A stretch of 64,000 nt of DNA from an uncultured Gemmatimonadales bacterium. Its GTDB lineage: Bacteria > Gemmatimonadota > Gemmatimonadetes > Gemmatimonadales > Gemmatimonadaceae. Numbering within the stretch: the first letter of the stretch is position 1; each line of letters opens with the position of its first letter. The notes under the pieces were generated by a model that saw nothing but the letters and a program-made list of their open reading frames with translations, was not told where the DNA came from and did no database searches. The DNA lies in assembly GCA_963701965.1 (NCBI GenBank), contig OY969695.1, positions 2,208,001 to 2,272,000 of the forward strand, read 5' to 3'. Shown piece by piece: positions 20,281 to 28,446 of the stretch. A program made the translations under genes and the position numbers.

Positions 20281-21181
20281 GGAATTGCATCAGCTCCGCT
20301 ACTTCGTCGCCACTGCCGAATGTGGCAACGTGAGCCGCGCCGCCGAGCGCTGCTTCGTCGCGCAGCCCTCCCTGAGCCAACAGCTCAAGAAGCTGGAGCA
20401 GGAGTTGGGCACGACGTTGTTCGACCGCCTCGGCCGCGGCGTCGCGCTCACCGACGCGGGCCGGGCGCTCCTCCCCCGCGCGCGACGCATCCTCGCGGAG
20501 ATCCGTGAGACGGAGGCGAATCTCAAGCGCGAAGCGGAAGACGGCCCCGGCACGCTCGTCGTCGGCGCCATTCCGACAATGGCGCCGTACCTGCTTCCAC
20601 CGGCCCTGCGCGCGCTGCGCCGCGCCTATCCCACGTGTCCTATCACCGTGCGCGAGGACTACAGCGAAGCCCTCGTGGGCGCGCTCGAGAACAACGAGAT
20701 CGACTGCGCGATCCTGAGCACGCCGCTCGACAATGTGCTGCTCGACGTCAATGTCATTGGGCAGGAGGAGTTGCTCGTCGCGCTGCCGCGGCGCCACCCC
20801 GCGGGCGAACGAGCCGAGCTCCACATCTCGGACCTGCGGGGCCAGCCCACGGTGGCGCTCGCCGACACGCACTGCTTGAGCCGCCAGATCGACCACTTCT
20901 GCTCGACGCGCCATATCGCGAGCCAGGTCGTCTGCCGCACGACCCAACTCTCGACGATCACGGAGCTCGTCTCACTCGGCCTCGGGCTTTCGCTCGTACC
21001 GGAGATGGCAGCGGCGACCGATCGGTCCGACCGCTGCCGCTACCTTCGGTTGCGCCCCGGCAAGCCGGTCCGGCAGATCGTCGTCGCGTGGCGAAAGGGA
21101 CGGAGCCGGCCGGTCGCTGCTGTCCGCTTGATCGCGGAAGTGACCGCGCGCCTCGCCACTGGACGTCACGCGCGACCGTAG
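20279..21181 (+). CDS. oxyR: LysR regulator, OxyR-like peroxide sensor
   Basis: LysR HTH (QPSLSQQLKKLE.ELG..LFDR); HCLSRQIDHFC keeps both redox cysteines; divergent from catalase. Confidence 0.82.
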   Translation: MELHQLRYFVATAECGNVSRAAERCFVAQPSLSQQLKKLEQELGTTLFDRLGRGVALTDAGRALLPRARRILAEIRETEANLKREAEDGPGTLVVGAIPTMAPYLLPPALRALRRAYPTCPITVREDYSEALVGALENNEIDCAILSTPLDNVLLDVNVIGQEELLVALPRRHPAGERAELHISDLRGQPTVALADTHCLSRQIDHFCSTRHIASQVVCRTTQLSTITELVSLGLGLSLVPEMAAATDRSDRCRYLRLRPGKPVRQIVVAWRKGRSRPVAAVRLIAEVTARLATGRHARP

Positions 21182-21324
21182 CCGCGAAGTCATCGACCAA
21201 CGTGGTCCGGTGGGGGCCGATCCCCTCGGCTCCAATGCCTCTACTGCAGAAACTCCGACGAAACTCCGACAGCGTGGGCGGGAAAGACAAAGCCCCGCAG
21301 CGACCAAGCGATGCAGGGCCTTCG

Positions 21325-21354
21325 AGTTGCCCCTCCTGGGCTCGAACCAGGACT
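21325..21354 (-). repeat. exact 30-bp copy of tRNA-Gln 3' end (att site)
   Basis: agttgcccctcctgggctcgaaccaggact is identical to 28279-28308. Confidence 0.93.
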
Positions 21355-21689
21355 GTGGACGCCGAGTCCGAAGGCGCCACCACCCGGGCGAGCAGGAGCG
21401 CTCGGTCAGGAGCTGCCGCGCAATGTCCCCATAGTGGCAACCCAACAAGCGGTGCACGGCGATCTCGCGTTAGCACGGAGTCCCAGCGCGCAGCAGAGCA
21501 AGTTGCCGGACGTTCACGCACCCGATGAGCAAACGCAACCAACCGCGTCGTGAGCATCGACAATAGGGCCGCGCGTCGCCGACCACACAGTGGCGTAGGG
21601 ACCACGGTGACGCCCCGGCATAAGGCAAACCATCCTGTCGAAGCATGGTGAGCCCTAGCGATCCCATGACCGACGCGATTGGCGCTCGC

Positions 21690-22073
21690 GAGCGAGCGTG
21701 CGTCGTGTCGATTCACTCTTCGGACCAGGCCGCCGGATAGGGCTCCGATTACAGCTCCGGCGGCGGCAACCAGCACCACTGTTATCGCGAGGACGCCGAG
21801 GCTCGGGATCCCATTCGGGGGCCTTCCAGGGCCGATCGCCCAAGACACCGCCCAGCCAATAGTCGCTTCGACAGCGGCGATGATGGCGACTCCCCATGAC
21901 GCCGCAGCGACGTTCACTCGGCGGCCGATCATAAACCCGAAGGCCGCATAGATCAGCCAAGAGTCGACAGTCGCATAACTGTACCGGAATCCGATCGTTC
22001 GAGACGCGACCGAAGCCACTAGGTCAAAGACGACGATGGCCAGCGCGCCCCACGAGACCAGTCTTCCGACCAC
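21690..22073 (-). CDS. hypothetical membrane protein (3' end uncertain)
   Basis: Four hydrophobic helices in the first ~120 aa; the ORF then runs on into apparently non-coding sequence across the att site. Confidence 0.5.
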
Positions 22074-22256
22074 GTTCGCACTCGGTTTCTCAAAGAGACG
22101 GCAATCATGCGCGGCGGAGCGGTCGACCGCCAGGCCGGCTCGCGCCTCCGTGTTACTGATCCGGAAGAGTCAGCCCCGCTCCTTGCCGCTTCTTGCCAGA
22201 TCTAACTCACACAGATCCTCACACAGCTTGGCGGGCCAGCGGCAGCTCGCTCCGCG

Positions 22257-22460
22257 CTACTGGGGAGGCAGCGTCGCGAGGAACGCATTCATCTCACGCA
22301 GTACGTCCGCCTCATTCGACCCAACCACCCAATGCGACGCGTTAGCTATTCGAACAACGTGCGCCGTGGGATTGGCGCGCTCGAACGCCGTCGCCTGGGC
22401 CGCAATGGCCGAATCGACGCCGGCGGGCACAACCGCGCTCATTGTGCCTTGTGCCCACGT
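22257..22460 (-). pseudogene. alpha/beta hydrolase C-terminal fragment
   Basis: AHVVRIANASHWV..SN..DVLREMNAFL typical catalytic-His terminus; no upstream domain. Confidence 0.55.
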
Positions 22461-22829
22461 TGTGCCCAGGGGTTTCCGCCAAGCGATTGTGCGTCGGCCG
22501 TCCTCTCTCACCAGGAGCCGGCAAGCGGCCGATCGCGCGTCAGATTTGCAGCGACGAGGATCGTGCGCCTGTCAAGCGATCCGGTCCGTCTCTAGGCATG
22601 GGCCCACACGCTCCAGGTCGGGTCGGACTTCATAGATCTTCAGACCAACGGCCTCTGCGACCTCAGCTTTGGCGAGCATTTCGAGCACGCCACGCTGGCG
22701 CTGGCGATGGCGGGATAACCACTCGCCGGTCGGCACGGTCGCCAAAAAGACGGTGGGCAGACGTCCGCGCAACGGGCGTTCCGTAGGATTCAGCCATCAA
22801 CGAGCCTCTTCACCGTGTCCGAGACCCCT

Positions 22830-23375
22830 ATGCGCCTCCGCAACCGCCTTGCCGTCATCACATCTCTCTCCACCCTCGCGCCAGCCGTCGTGCTCGCGCA
22901 GAAGGACCTCGCATCCTGCAAAGTCGTCTTCGATGCCACCCTCAAACAGCGGGGTACGCCATACCATATGTATACGATGCTCCCCACAAGCCTGACGGGC
23001 GGCAAACCCAAGCAGGACGAGATGATTAGCACCAAGGACAAGACTTACATCATGATCGAGGGCAAATGGAAAGTCAGCCCGATGACGCCAGAGGACAGCA
23101 GGAAGCAGGAAGAGGAGAACATCAAGAACGCCAAGACGTACAATTGCCATCGCGTGCGCGAGGAGTCGGTGGGCGGCGTAGCGGCCACGGTGTACGCCGT
23201 TCACAGCGAGAGTGAAGACGCCGACTCGGATGGCCAAATTTGGATCGCCAACGGCAGCGGGCTGCCGGTCAAGACCGAGATCGGCCTCGATTCCGGTGGC
23301 AGCGCCGCGTCAAAGGACCACATCTCGACCCGCTACGACTATAGCAACGTTCAGGCACCACCGGTTTCGCAGTAG
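22830..23375 (+). CDS. secreted hypothetical protein (possibly LolA/LppX-like fold)
   Basis: Signal peptide ending VLA-Q; EESVGGVAATVY, IWIA..SGLPVKTE, TRYDYSNV.AP. Confidence 0.7.
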   Translation: MRLRNRLAVITSLSTLAPAVVLAQKDLASCKVVFDATLKQRGTPYHMYTMLPTSLTGGKPKQDEMISTKDKTYIMIEGKWKVSPMTPEDSRKQEEENIKNAKTYNCHRVREESVGGVAATVYAVHSESEDADSDGQIWIANGSGLPVKTEIGLDSGGSAASKDHISTRYDYSNVQAPPVSQ

Positions 23376-23505
23376 GGAACCGCATCATTGGCGTCGAGCG
23401 GAGCTTCCCCCGGCGAGGCGCCGGGGCACCGACTTGGAGGGGATTGCACTCTACTCTGTGGACACGCTTTCTCATCTTCAGCGATTGGGTTGTTCCGTCA
23501 GCCCG

Positions 23506-23697
23506 TCACTGTTCACGGAACTCAAGCGAGCAGAATCGCGCCTTGGGAGGCGTGAGGTTCCAACGCTGGCAATGGGGACAGACAACCCAGAGGCGCCCCT
23601 TCGCCGCATCGAATGCCAGGCGCTGACCCACTGGGAAGCGCTCGACGACCTGGTTCGCGCCGAGCGGCGAGTGGCAGAATAGGCAGGTCGAGTACAT
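23506..23697 (-). pseudogene. N-terminal Zn-ribbon fragment of a conserved hypothetical protein
   Basis: MYSTCLFC..LGAN..VE.FPVG.RLAFDAAKGRLWVVC..C.RWNL, then premature end. Confidence 0.55.
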
Positions 23698-23837
23698 GCC
23701 TTTGGCTATAATCCGAGAGAACGACCGGCTCTGCCAGGGCAGTCGCACGCTATGCAAGCCGAGTTTGCGTTGGCCAATGGCACTTGAGTCTTCAGGCCTG
23801 CAGGGCTGATTGAACGATCGCGCTCACGTGCCCAGCC

Positions 23838-24380
23838 CTACTCTGCCACTGTCGCCGGCCGTCTCGTGTCATCGCGAAATACGCGGCGAATCCAGAGCGA
23901 CTGAAAGACGACAACTGCGACCGCGTAGTAGGCAAAGGCGACCGCTGGATAATGGCCCCACGAACGTGGATCCGGGCTCAGATACAGCATCACCGCGCTC
24001 ATCAACGCAAAACAACTCGCATAGGCCAGGGTCGCCGCGAAGGCCTGTGCTCTCGTCGACTTCCCTACCGCGGTCTCCAGCATCGCCGCATACTGCGCCT
24101 CACCGATGCTGCGAAAGAACCACGCGCTACGGAGATTCGATGCTGTGACCATGAACGATAGGATCAGAACGACAACGCCGAGTGCCGTGTTGTAATACGG
24201 CAAGAGGCACACGGCGATGGTGGCAACGGCGAAACGATACCCTAGACCCCGTGCAATTGGGTTCGCCTCCAGCAGCAGCTTGGGGCTGATGAGCCACGTG
24301 CTGCCGATGTCTCCAACCCGCGACAACAAGACCAATCCGGCGAACACGTGTACGAAGTGACTGCTGACAAAACCCGCCAA
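23838..24380 (-). CDS. hypothetical membrane protein (D..ST...EANP motif)
   Basis: AGGAG RBS before TTG at 24380; several TM helices. Confidence 0.65.
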   Translation of the reverse strand: MAGFVSSHFVHVFAGLVLLSRVGDIGSTWLISPKLLLEANPIARGLGYRFAVATIAVCLLPYYNTALGVVVLILSFMVTASNLRSAWFFRSIGEAQYAAMLETAVGKSTRAQAFAATLAYASCFALMSAVMLYLSPDPRSWGHYPAVAFAYYAVAVVVFQSLWIRRVFRDDTRRPATVAE

Positions 24381-24681
24381 TTCTTGGTTCTCCTGATCAG
24401 AGTCCGACCGAGGCGCAGCTCGTTCCGGGTAACCAGTCCCGATACGGCGCCTAATCGGGCATCGGCGCCCGCCCACGCTGTCGAGATCGTCGCAACAGCC
24501 CGGAGAAACTGCGCCGAAACTACTGCCGACACGCCTCAAACACTTCATCAGGAGTAGGCCTGGCGAGGAAACAAACTGCGACCCCGCTCCAAACTCGACA
24601 ATACCGGTCCAGTTGCGCCTAGCTATATTCATCCAGCGTGCGCAATTCGGCATTTGTTCGGCACCGGATCGGAGGATCTCT

Positions 24682-25443
24682 ATGAGCTCGACCCATACTG
24701 CGATCGAATGGACCGATGCCACGTGGAATCCGATGACGGGCTGCACGAAAATCTCCGCGGGCTGCGACTATTGCTACGCCGCATTGTTGGCACAAACCAA
24801 GACCCGCGACGTGTATCTGCGTCGACGCCCTGTTAAGGAGAGCGCGGCGAACCTAGCGGATCCGTTTGCGCCCCGCTTTTGGGAAGATCGACTACGGCAG
24901 CCGCTAAGCTGGCGCACTCCCAAGCGGATATTCGTCAACAGTATGTCTGACGTATTTCATGCTCACTTTAGCGTCGAAATGATCCGTGCCGTTTTCGACG
25001 TGATGGCTCAAGCCGACTGGCATCAATTTCAGCTATTGACGAAGCGACCAGATCGTGCTGCTCGACTCTCACCCAAATTGCCTTGGCCTAAGAATGTTTG
25101 GATCGGGACTTCGGTTGAGAGCATGAACGTCGCACACCGCGTCGATGCTGTGCGGAGTATCGGTGAAGCGGCCGTCCGATTCATATCCGCAGAGCCCCTG
25201 CTCGGTCCGCTCGACCAGTTGGACCTGAGCAATATTCAATGGGTCATCGGCGGTGGAGAGAGCGGGCCTCACTACCGCCCAGTTGATCCGGCGTGGGCGA
25301 TTGGCCTGCGAAATCTCTGTCGATCGAAGCGCGTAGCCTTCTTCTGGAAGCAATGGGGTGGGCGAACGCCGAAAGCTGGCGGGCGATTACTCGAGGGGAA
25401 GGAGTACAGCGCTTACCCGGCACCTCTACCTACCCGTCGGTAG
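24682..25443 (+). CDS. DUF5131 / phage Gp37-Gp68 family three-Cys protein
   Basis: IEWTDATWNP.TGCTKISAGCDYCYA, IFVNSMSD.FH, FQLLTKR, NVWIGTSVE, RFISAEPLLG, WVIGGGESG, FFWKQWGG. Confidence 0.95.
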   Translation: MSSTHTAIEWTDATWNPMTGCTKISAGCDYCYAALLAQTKTRDVYLRRRPVKESAANLADPFAPRFWEDRLRQPLSWRTPKRIFVNSMSDVFHAHFSVEMIRAVFDVMAQADWHQFQLLTKRPDRAARLSPKLPWPKNVWIGTSVESMNVAHRVDAVRSIGEAAVRFISAEPLLGPLDQLDLSNIQWVIGGGESGPHYRPVDPAWAIGLRNLCRSKRVAFFWKQWGGRTPKAGGRLLEGKEYSAYPAPLPTRR

Positions 25444-26635
25444 CGCCCGGAAACGCAAACTCGAGCGGTCGCTTACTAACCGCGTAACTTGCCAGTTCTT
25501 TCTTCAGATCGTCGCCCATGTGCGAGTAGAAACGGGTCTCTGCCAGAACAAATTCTTTTACGCTGTCTTGCGTGCCAGTCCAACGGACCCGTTTCCCCGC
25601 AAACTTCTTCCGCACCGCTTCGAGTATCGGTTGTAAGTCCGTGGTAATGTGAATCGTCATTGATTCCTTGGCGTCATCAGGCAATGCACTCTTATTGATC
25701 GCTGCTCCTATGACCGCCTTCATTTTCGTGAATGCGCGCGGCGACTTCGACGCATGAATCAAGTAGTACGCATGGCGATTGTCAGCGGTTCGAAGCGCGA
25801 ATGGAAGCACGTAAGTCGCGCCTAAGGTGATTAGAAGCTCAACGTACATTTCCACGGCACGTTCCGGCCTGCGTGAAATCGACGTCCTAATAAGCTCATT
25901 CGTCGCCGATTCATCGCCGTACGCTTCCCGCAAGATTCGCTCAGCCGCGGGTTTCGTGTAACCCAAAGCCCTTGCACTTGCTTCGACCTCCCTTCGTCTC
26001 CGCTCTTGATCCTCCACGTCAAACTCGGGGAACAGAGAAGGCCGATCCTGCAACTTCGCGACTTCGCGGTCGAGATCGGGCACCTCGCTGGCAACAACGC
26101 CAAGAAGTCGCACCGCAGACTCATCGGAGAACATCAAGAGCACCTCGCGGCGCTCACCCTCCAGAATCTTCTTAACCACGTCGCGTTTCAGACCATCAAC
26201 GCCGAACGGATCAAGGAAGAAGAATGCCGGTTCTTCCCCGATTTTCTGCAAGAGTCCGTCGACCTTTTCGGCGAACGTTGAATGCCTCAGATATGCCACC
26301 GGGTGTGGCCCAGACCGATCGATATCGTAGGGCGCCATGGCGGCCTCTAGTCGGCGAAATCGACCTGCGTCCTTTTCGATCGCCACTACTGTAACGCGTT
26401 TGCCGTGTCCCAATCGATCTTGTACTTGGACGGCTATTTTCGCCGCGATGACGGGCGACCCATCGTTCCCCAACTCGTCCTTTCCTGCGCCGGCGAACGC
26501 ATCGATGATCCAGACTCGCGAGAGCTTGGACAACAATATCATGGCCCAAGCCTTCAAGTAGCCATCTAAGATCAGATGCTTGAAGAGCGTGTGGGCTTTG
26601 AATTCTGCGAAATGGTCGTCGTGATTCGACAACAC
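25430..26635 (-). CDS. tcmP: three-Cys-motif partner protein (SAM-dependent methyltransferase fold)
   Basis: HT..KH.IL..YL.AW, IDAFAGAG..GSP, FFFLDPFG, YYLIHAS; adjacent to DUF5131; GAGGAGG RBS with GTG start. Confidence 0.88.
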   Translation of the reverse strand: MLSNHDDHFAEFKAHTLFKHLILDGYLKAWAMILLSKLSRVWIIDAFAGAGKDELGNDGSPVIAAKIAVQVQDRLGHGKRVTVVAIEKDAGRFRRLEAAMAPYDIDRSGPHPVAYLRHSTFAEKVDGLLQKIGEEPAFFFLDPFGVDGLKRDVVKKILEGERREVLLMFSDESAVRLLGVVASEVPDLDREVAKLQDRPSLFPEFDVEDQERRRREVEASARALGYTKPAAERILREAYGDESATNELIRTSISRRPERAVEMYVELLITLGATYVLPFALRTADNRHAYYLIHASKSPRAFTKMKAVIGAAINKSALPDDAKESMTIHITTDLQPILEAVRKKFAGKRVRWTGTQDSVKEFVLAETRFYSHMGDDLKKELASYAVSKRPLEFAFPGATDG

Positions 26636-26763
26636 TCCTCCTCTCGGTGGATCGCGTAGTACAGCGCCCAGATTGCGCTGCCGACGTGGTCACCGCAAGA
26701 GCCGAATGGGCTGGCGATTTCGAGTGAACGGGCAACTGTCTACGGTTCGATGATGTCCGTTGT

Positions 26764-26833
26764 GCGAGCAAGAGGATCGATACCGGTGCGTCGCGCCTTC
26801 GGCGCTTGCACCAGGTATCTGATCCCTGCTCGC
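26764..26833. repeat. 70-bp imperfect inverted repeat
   Basis: GCGAGCA..GGATC-GATACC-GGTGC..GCGCC-TTC-GGCGC..GCACC-A-GGTATC-T-GATCC-C-TGCTCGC. Confidence 0.75.
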
Positions 26834-27177
26834 CGCCATTCGCACCGGCTGCGCCGGCGCTCAAGGCGGATTGCAATCCTGCATGGTGACTAGCGCGCGT
26901 CTGGCGCAGGGCGACGACTCTTGGCTGCCCGGTCTAGCTCTTCCCCAAAGGTCGCCCAGTTCTGTCCGAATGCCGCAAACCAGCGCGATAGGTAGTCCCT
27001 CGAGATATTGCGCTTCCCCAACTCGGCATCAGACGCGTAGTTGGGATGGATTTGCGTTAGGAAGGCCCCCCGCTCCTGGGTTAGCCCTTTCGCTCCCGGA
27101 TTGCACGGAGCATCTGCCCGAGCACCGCTCGGTCGTCATTGGTGGGGGCACGCCCAAGGGGGACGAGTTCCCGCGCT

Positions 27178-27203
27178 AAAAGTCCACCCACCATCCGGTG
27201 GGT
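27178..27203 (-). terminator. putative intrinsic terminator of the toxSAS operon
   Basis: ACCCACC-ggat-GGTGGGT hairpin followed by ggacTTTT on the minus strand. Confidence 0.45.
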
Positions 27204-27238
27204 AACGGCAGATCGGCTTCGCCCGTGCGTCCCAGACG

Positions 27239-27496
27239 TCAGCCTCTGCCCTCAAGCAGTTGCGGCACACGGCCGGCAAGGGTTTCGAGCGCCTTGAAGT
27301 ACCGTCCATGCGTCCGCAACAGACCTTCCCTGTTCGCCGCCTCCAAGAGGACGATCTCGCGTTCGACGCCTTCGCGATTCAACACGATCTCCAGATCAAT
27401 GCGAGCATTTTCCGCCAGCGTCCGTTGGGAGTCGCTGAACGCTCGGATACTGACTAACTCCGCACGACCTCTGTCGTACTCAATCAGAAATAGCAT
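27239..27496 (-). CDS. putative CapRel-type antitoxin (stand-alone pseudo-ZFD-like domain)
   Basis: FLIEYDR..., A..AR..LE, EIVLLEA..EGL.RTHGRYF; GGAG RBS; overlaps the toxSAS stop by 17 nt. Confidence 0.7.
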   Translation of the reverse strand: MLFLIEYDRGRAELVSIRAFSDSQRTLAENARIDLEIVLNREGVEREIVLLEAANREGLLRTHGRYFKALETLAGRVPQLLEGRG

Positions 27497-28214
27497 TGTC
27501 ATCTCCAATCGCCGCTGAAAGGGTGCCGATAAGTTTCGCGAGATCTCGGTGCATCTGTGCGCGCGCCTCGGCGACCTTCGCCAACACTTGCGAGGAACCT
27601 TCGGGTTCGGCCGATCCGTTGGGCACTGAGAACGCCCGTTCGATCTCTTCATTTCGGGCGATGATTTCGGACATCGAACGCAACATCGATCGAGGAAGCT
27701 CAGCCCCTCCGCCGTACTTGATGTCCTTATCGTTCCGATCGGACAACTTCTCGGACAGCTCAGCCCATCCGTGTTGAAGCCAAGTGCGGACCTGAATCTC
27801 TACCGGCTTGCCATTCCTCTCTACAACGACGTGAACCGCTCGATAACCATGACTCGGCTCCCGGCGGCGATCGATCACACGCGCGTCGGCAAATACCGAG
27901 TGCAGCTGACCCACCACTCCATCCTGCTCGGACAGGTTCGAGACGATCAGCCGGCAACCAGCCATATCTTGAATTTGACTGAGGCGAATGCTCTCCCGAC
28001 GCAGTTTGTCCACGATCGCAGTAGTCGATTTCGCGGCTCGACCTGTTGGCTGCAGACCCAGGCGATCTCTGATTGTGGAGATGACGAATTCATAGGCTTC
28101 GCCGAAAGATCGACGGTAGTGGTCCAACAGCAGCAGGTCTGCCTCACTCGTATCGCCTCCCTTCAAACGATCACCAAGGCGATCGACCTGCGTCTTCGAC
28201 TCGCGCTTCGCCAT
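27480..28214 (-). CDS. RelA/SpoT small alarmone synthetase domain protein (CapRel-like toxSAS)
   Basis: SKTQVDRLGDRL, R.AKS..AIVDKL.R, LSQIQDMAGCR, GYRAVH, VEIQVRT.LQH.WAE..E, KYG. Confidence 0.85.
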   Translation of the reverse strand: MAKRESKTQVDRLGDRLKGGDTSEADLLLLDHYRRSFGEAYEFVISTIRDRLGLQPTGRAAKSTTAIVDKLRRESIRLSQIQDMAGCRLIVSNLSEQDGVVGQLHSVFADARVIDRRREPSHGYRAVHVVVERNGKPVEIQVRTWLQHGWAELSEKLSDRNDKDIKYGGGAELPRSMLRSMSEIIARNEEIERAFSVPNGSAEPEGSSQVLAKVAEARAQMHRDLAKLIGTLSAAIGDDNAISD

Positions 28215-28225
28215 TCGGACCCCCG

Positions 28226-28272
28226 AAAGAGCAAAACGGCGCCGAATGAGCTAAGCTCATACAGCGCCGTTA
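28226..28272 (-). terminator. tRNA-Gln intrinsic terminator
   Basis: AACGGCGCtgtATGAGC-tta-GCTCATtcgGCGCCGTT followed by a T-rich tail on the minus strand. Confidence 0.7.
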
Positions 28273-28280
28273 TTTACCAG

Positions 28281-28353
28281 TTGCCCCTCCTGGGCTCGAA
28301 CCAGGACTCTCCTGATCCAGAGTCAGGCGTGTTGCCAGTTACACCAAGGGGCA
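28281..28353 (-). tRNA. tRNA-Gln(CTG)
   Basis: Cloverleaf with TGCCCCT/AGGGGCA acceptor, CCTGA-CTCTGGA-TCAGG anticodon arm, GTTCGAG T-loop; no encoded CCA. Confidence 0.96.
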
Positions 28354-28446
28354 GTACGGTCCGGTCCCGGCGCGTCTGGACGCGCGCCAGGACCGAAAAA
28401 GAATGACGAGCCACCGCCCGCCCCCGCAAGCCCGGCGGACTGTGGC

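Larger units (their letters stand above)
21325..28308. mobile_element. integrase-less genomic island at tRNA-Gln
   Basis: Bounded by a 30-bp direct repeat; visibly more A/T-rich than the core; defence-type cargo and gene fragments. Confidence 0.75.

Noticed and set aside
21538..21682. Possible MITE or long hairpin (ccaaccgcgtcg...cgacgcgattgg)
   Set aside because: Arms too degenerate, with no target duplication or second copy seen
20958..21690. C-terminal part of the 371-aa minus-strand ORF
   Set aside because: Runs across the att site and antisense into oxyR; composition looks non-coding
24682..25443. Prophage, based on the Gp37/Gp68 family name
   Set aside because: No structural, packaging, replication or integrase genes nearby
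26764..26833. Integron attC site
   Set aside because: No RYYYAAC/GTTRRRY core ends, no second similar site and no intI; kept only as an unexplained hairpin
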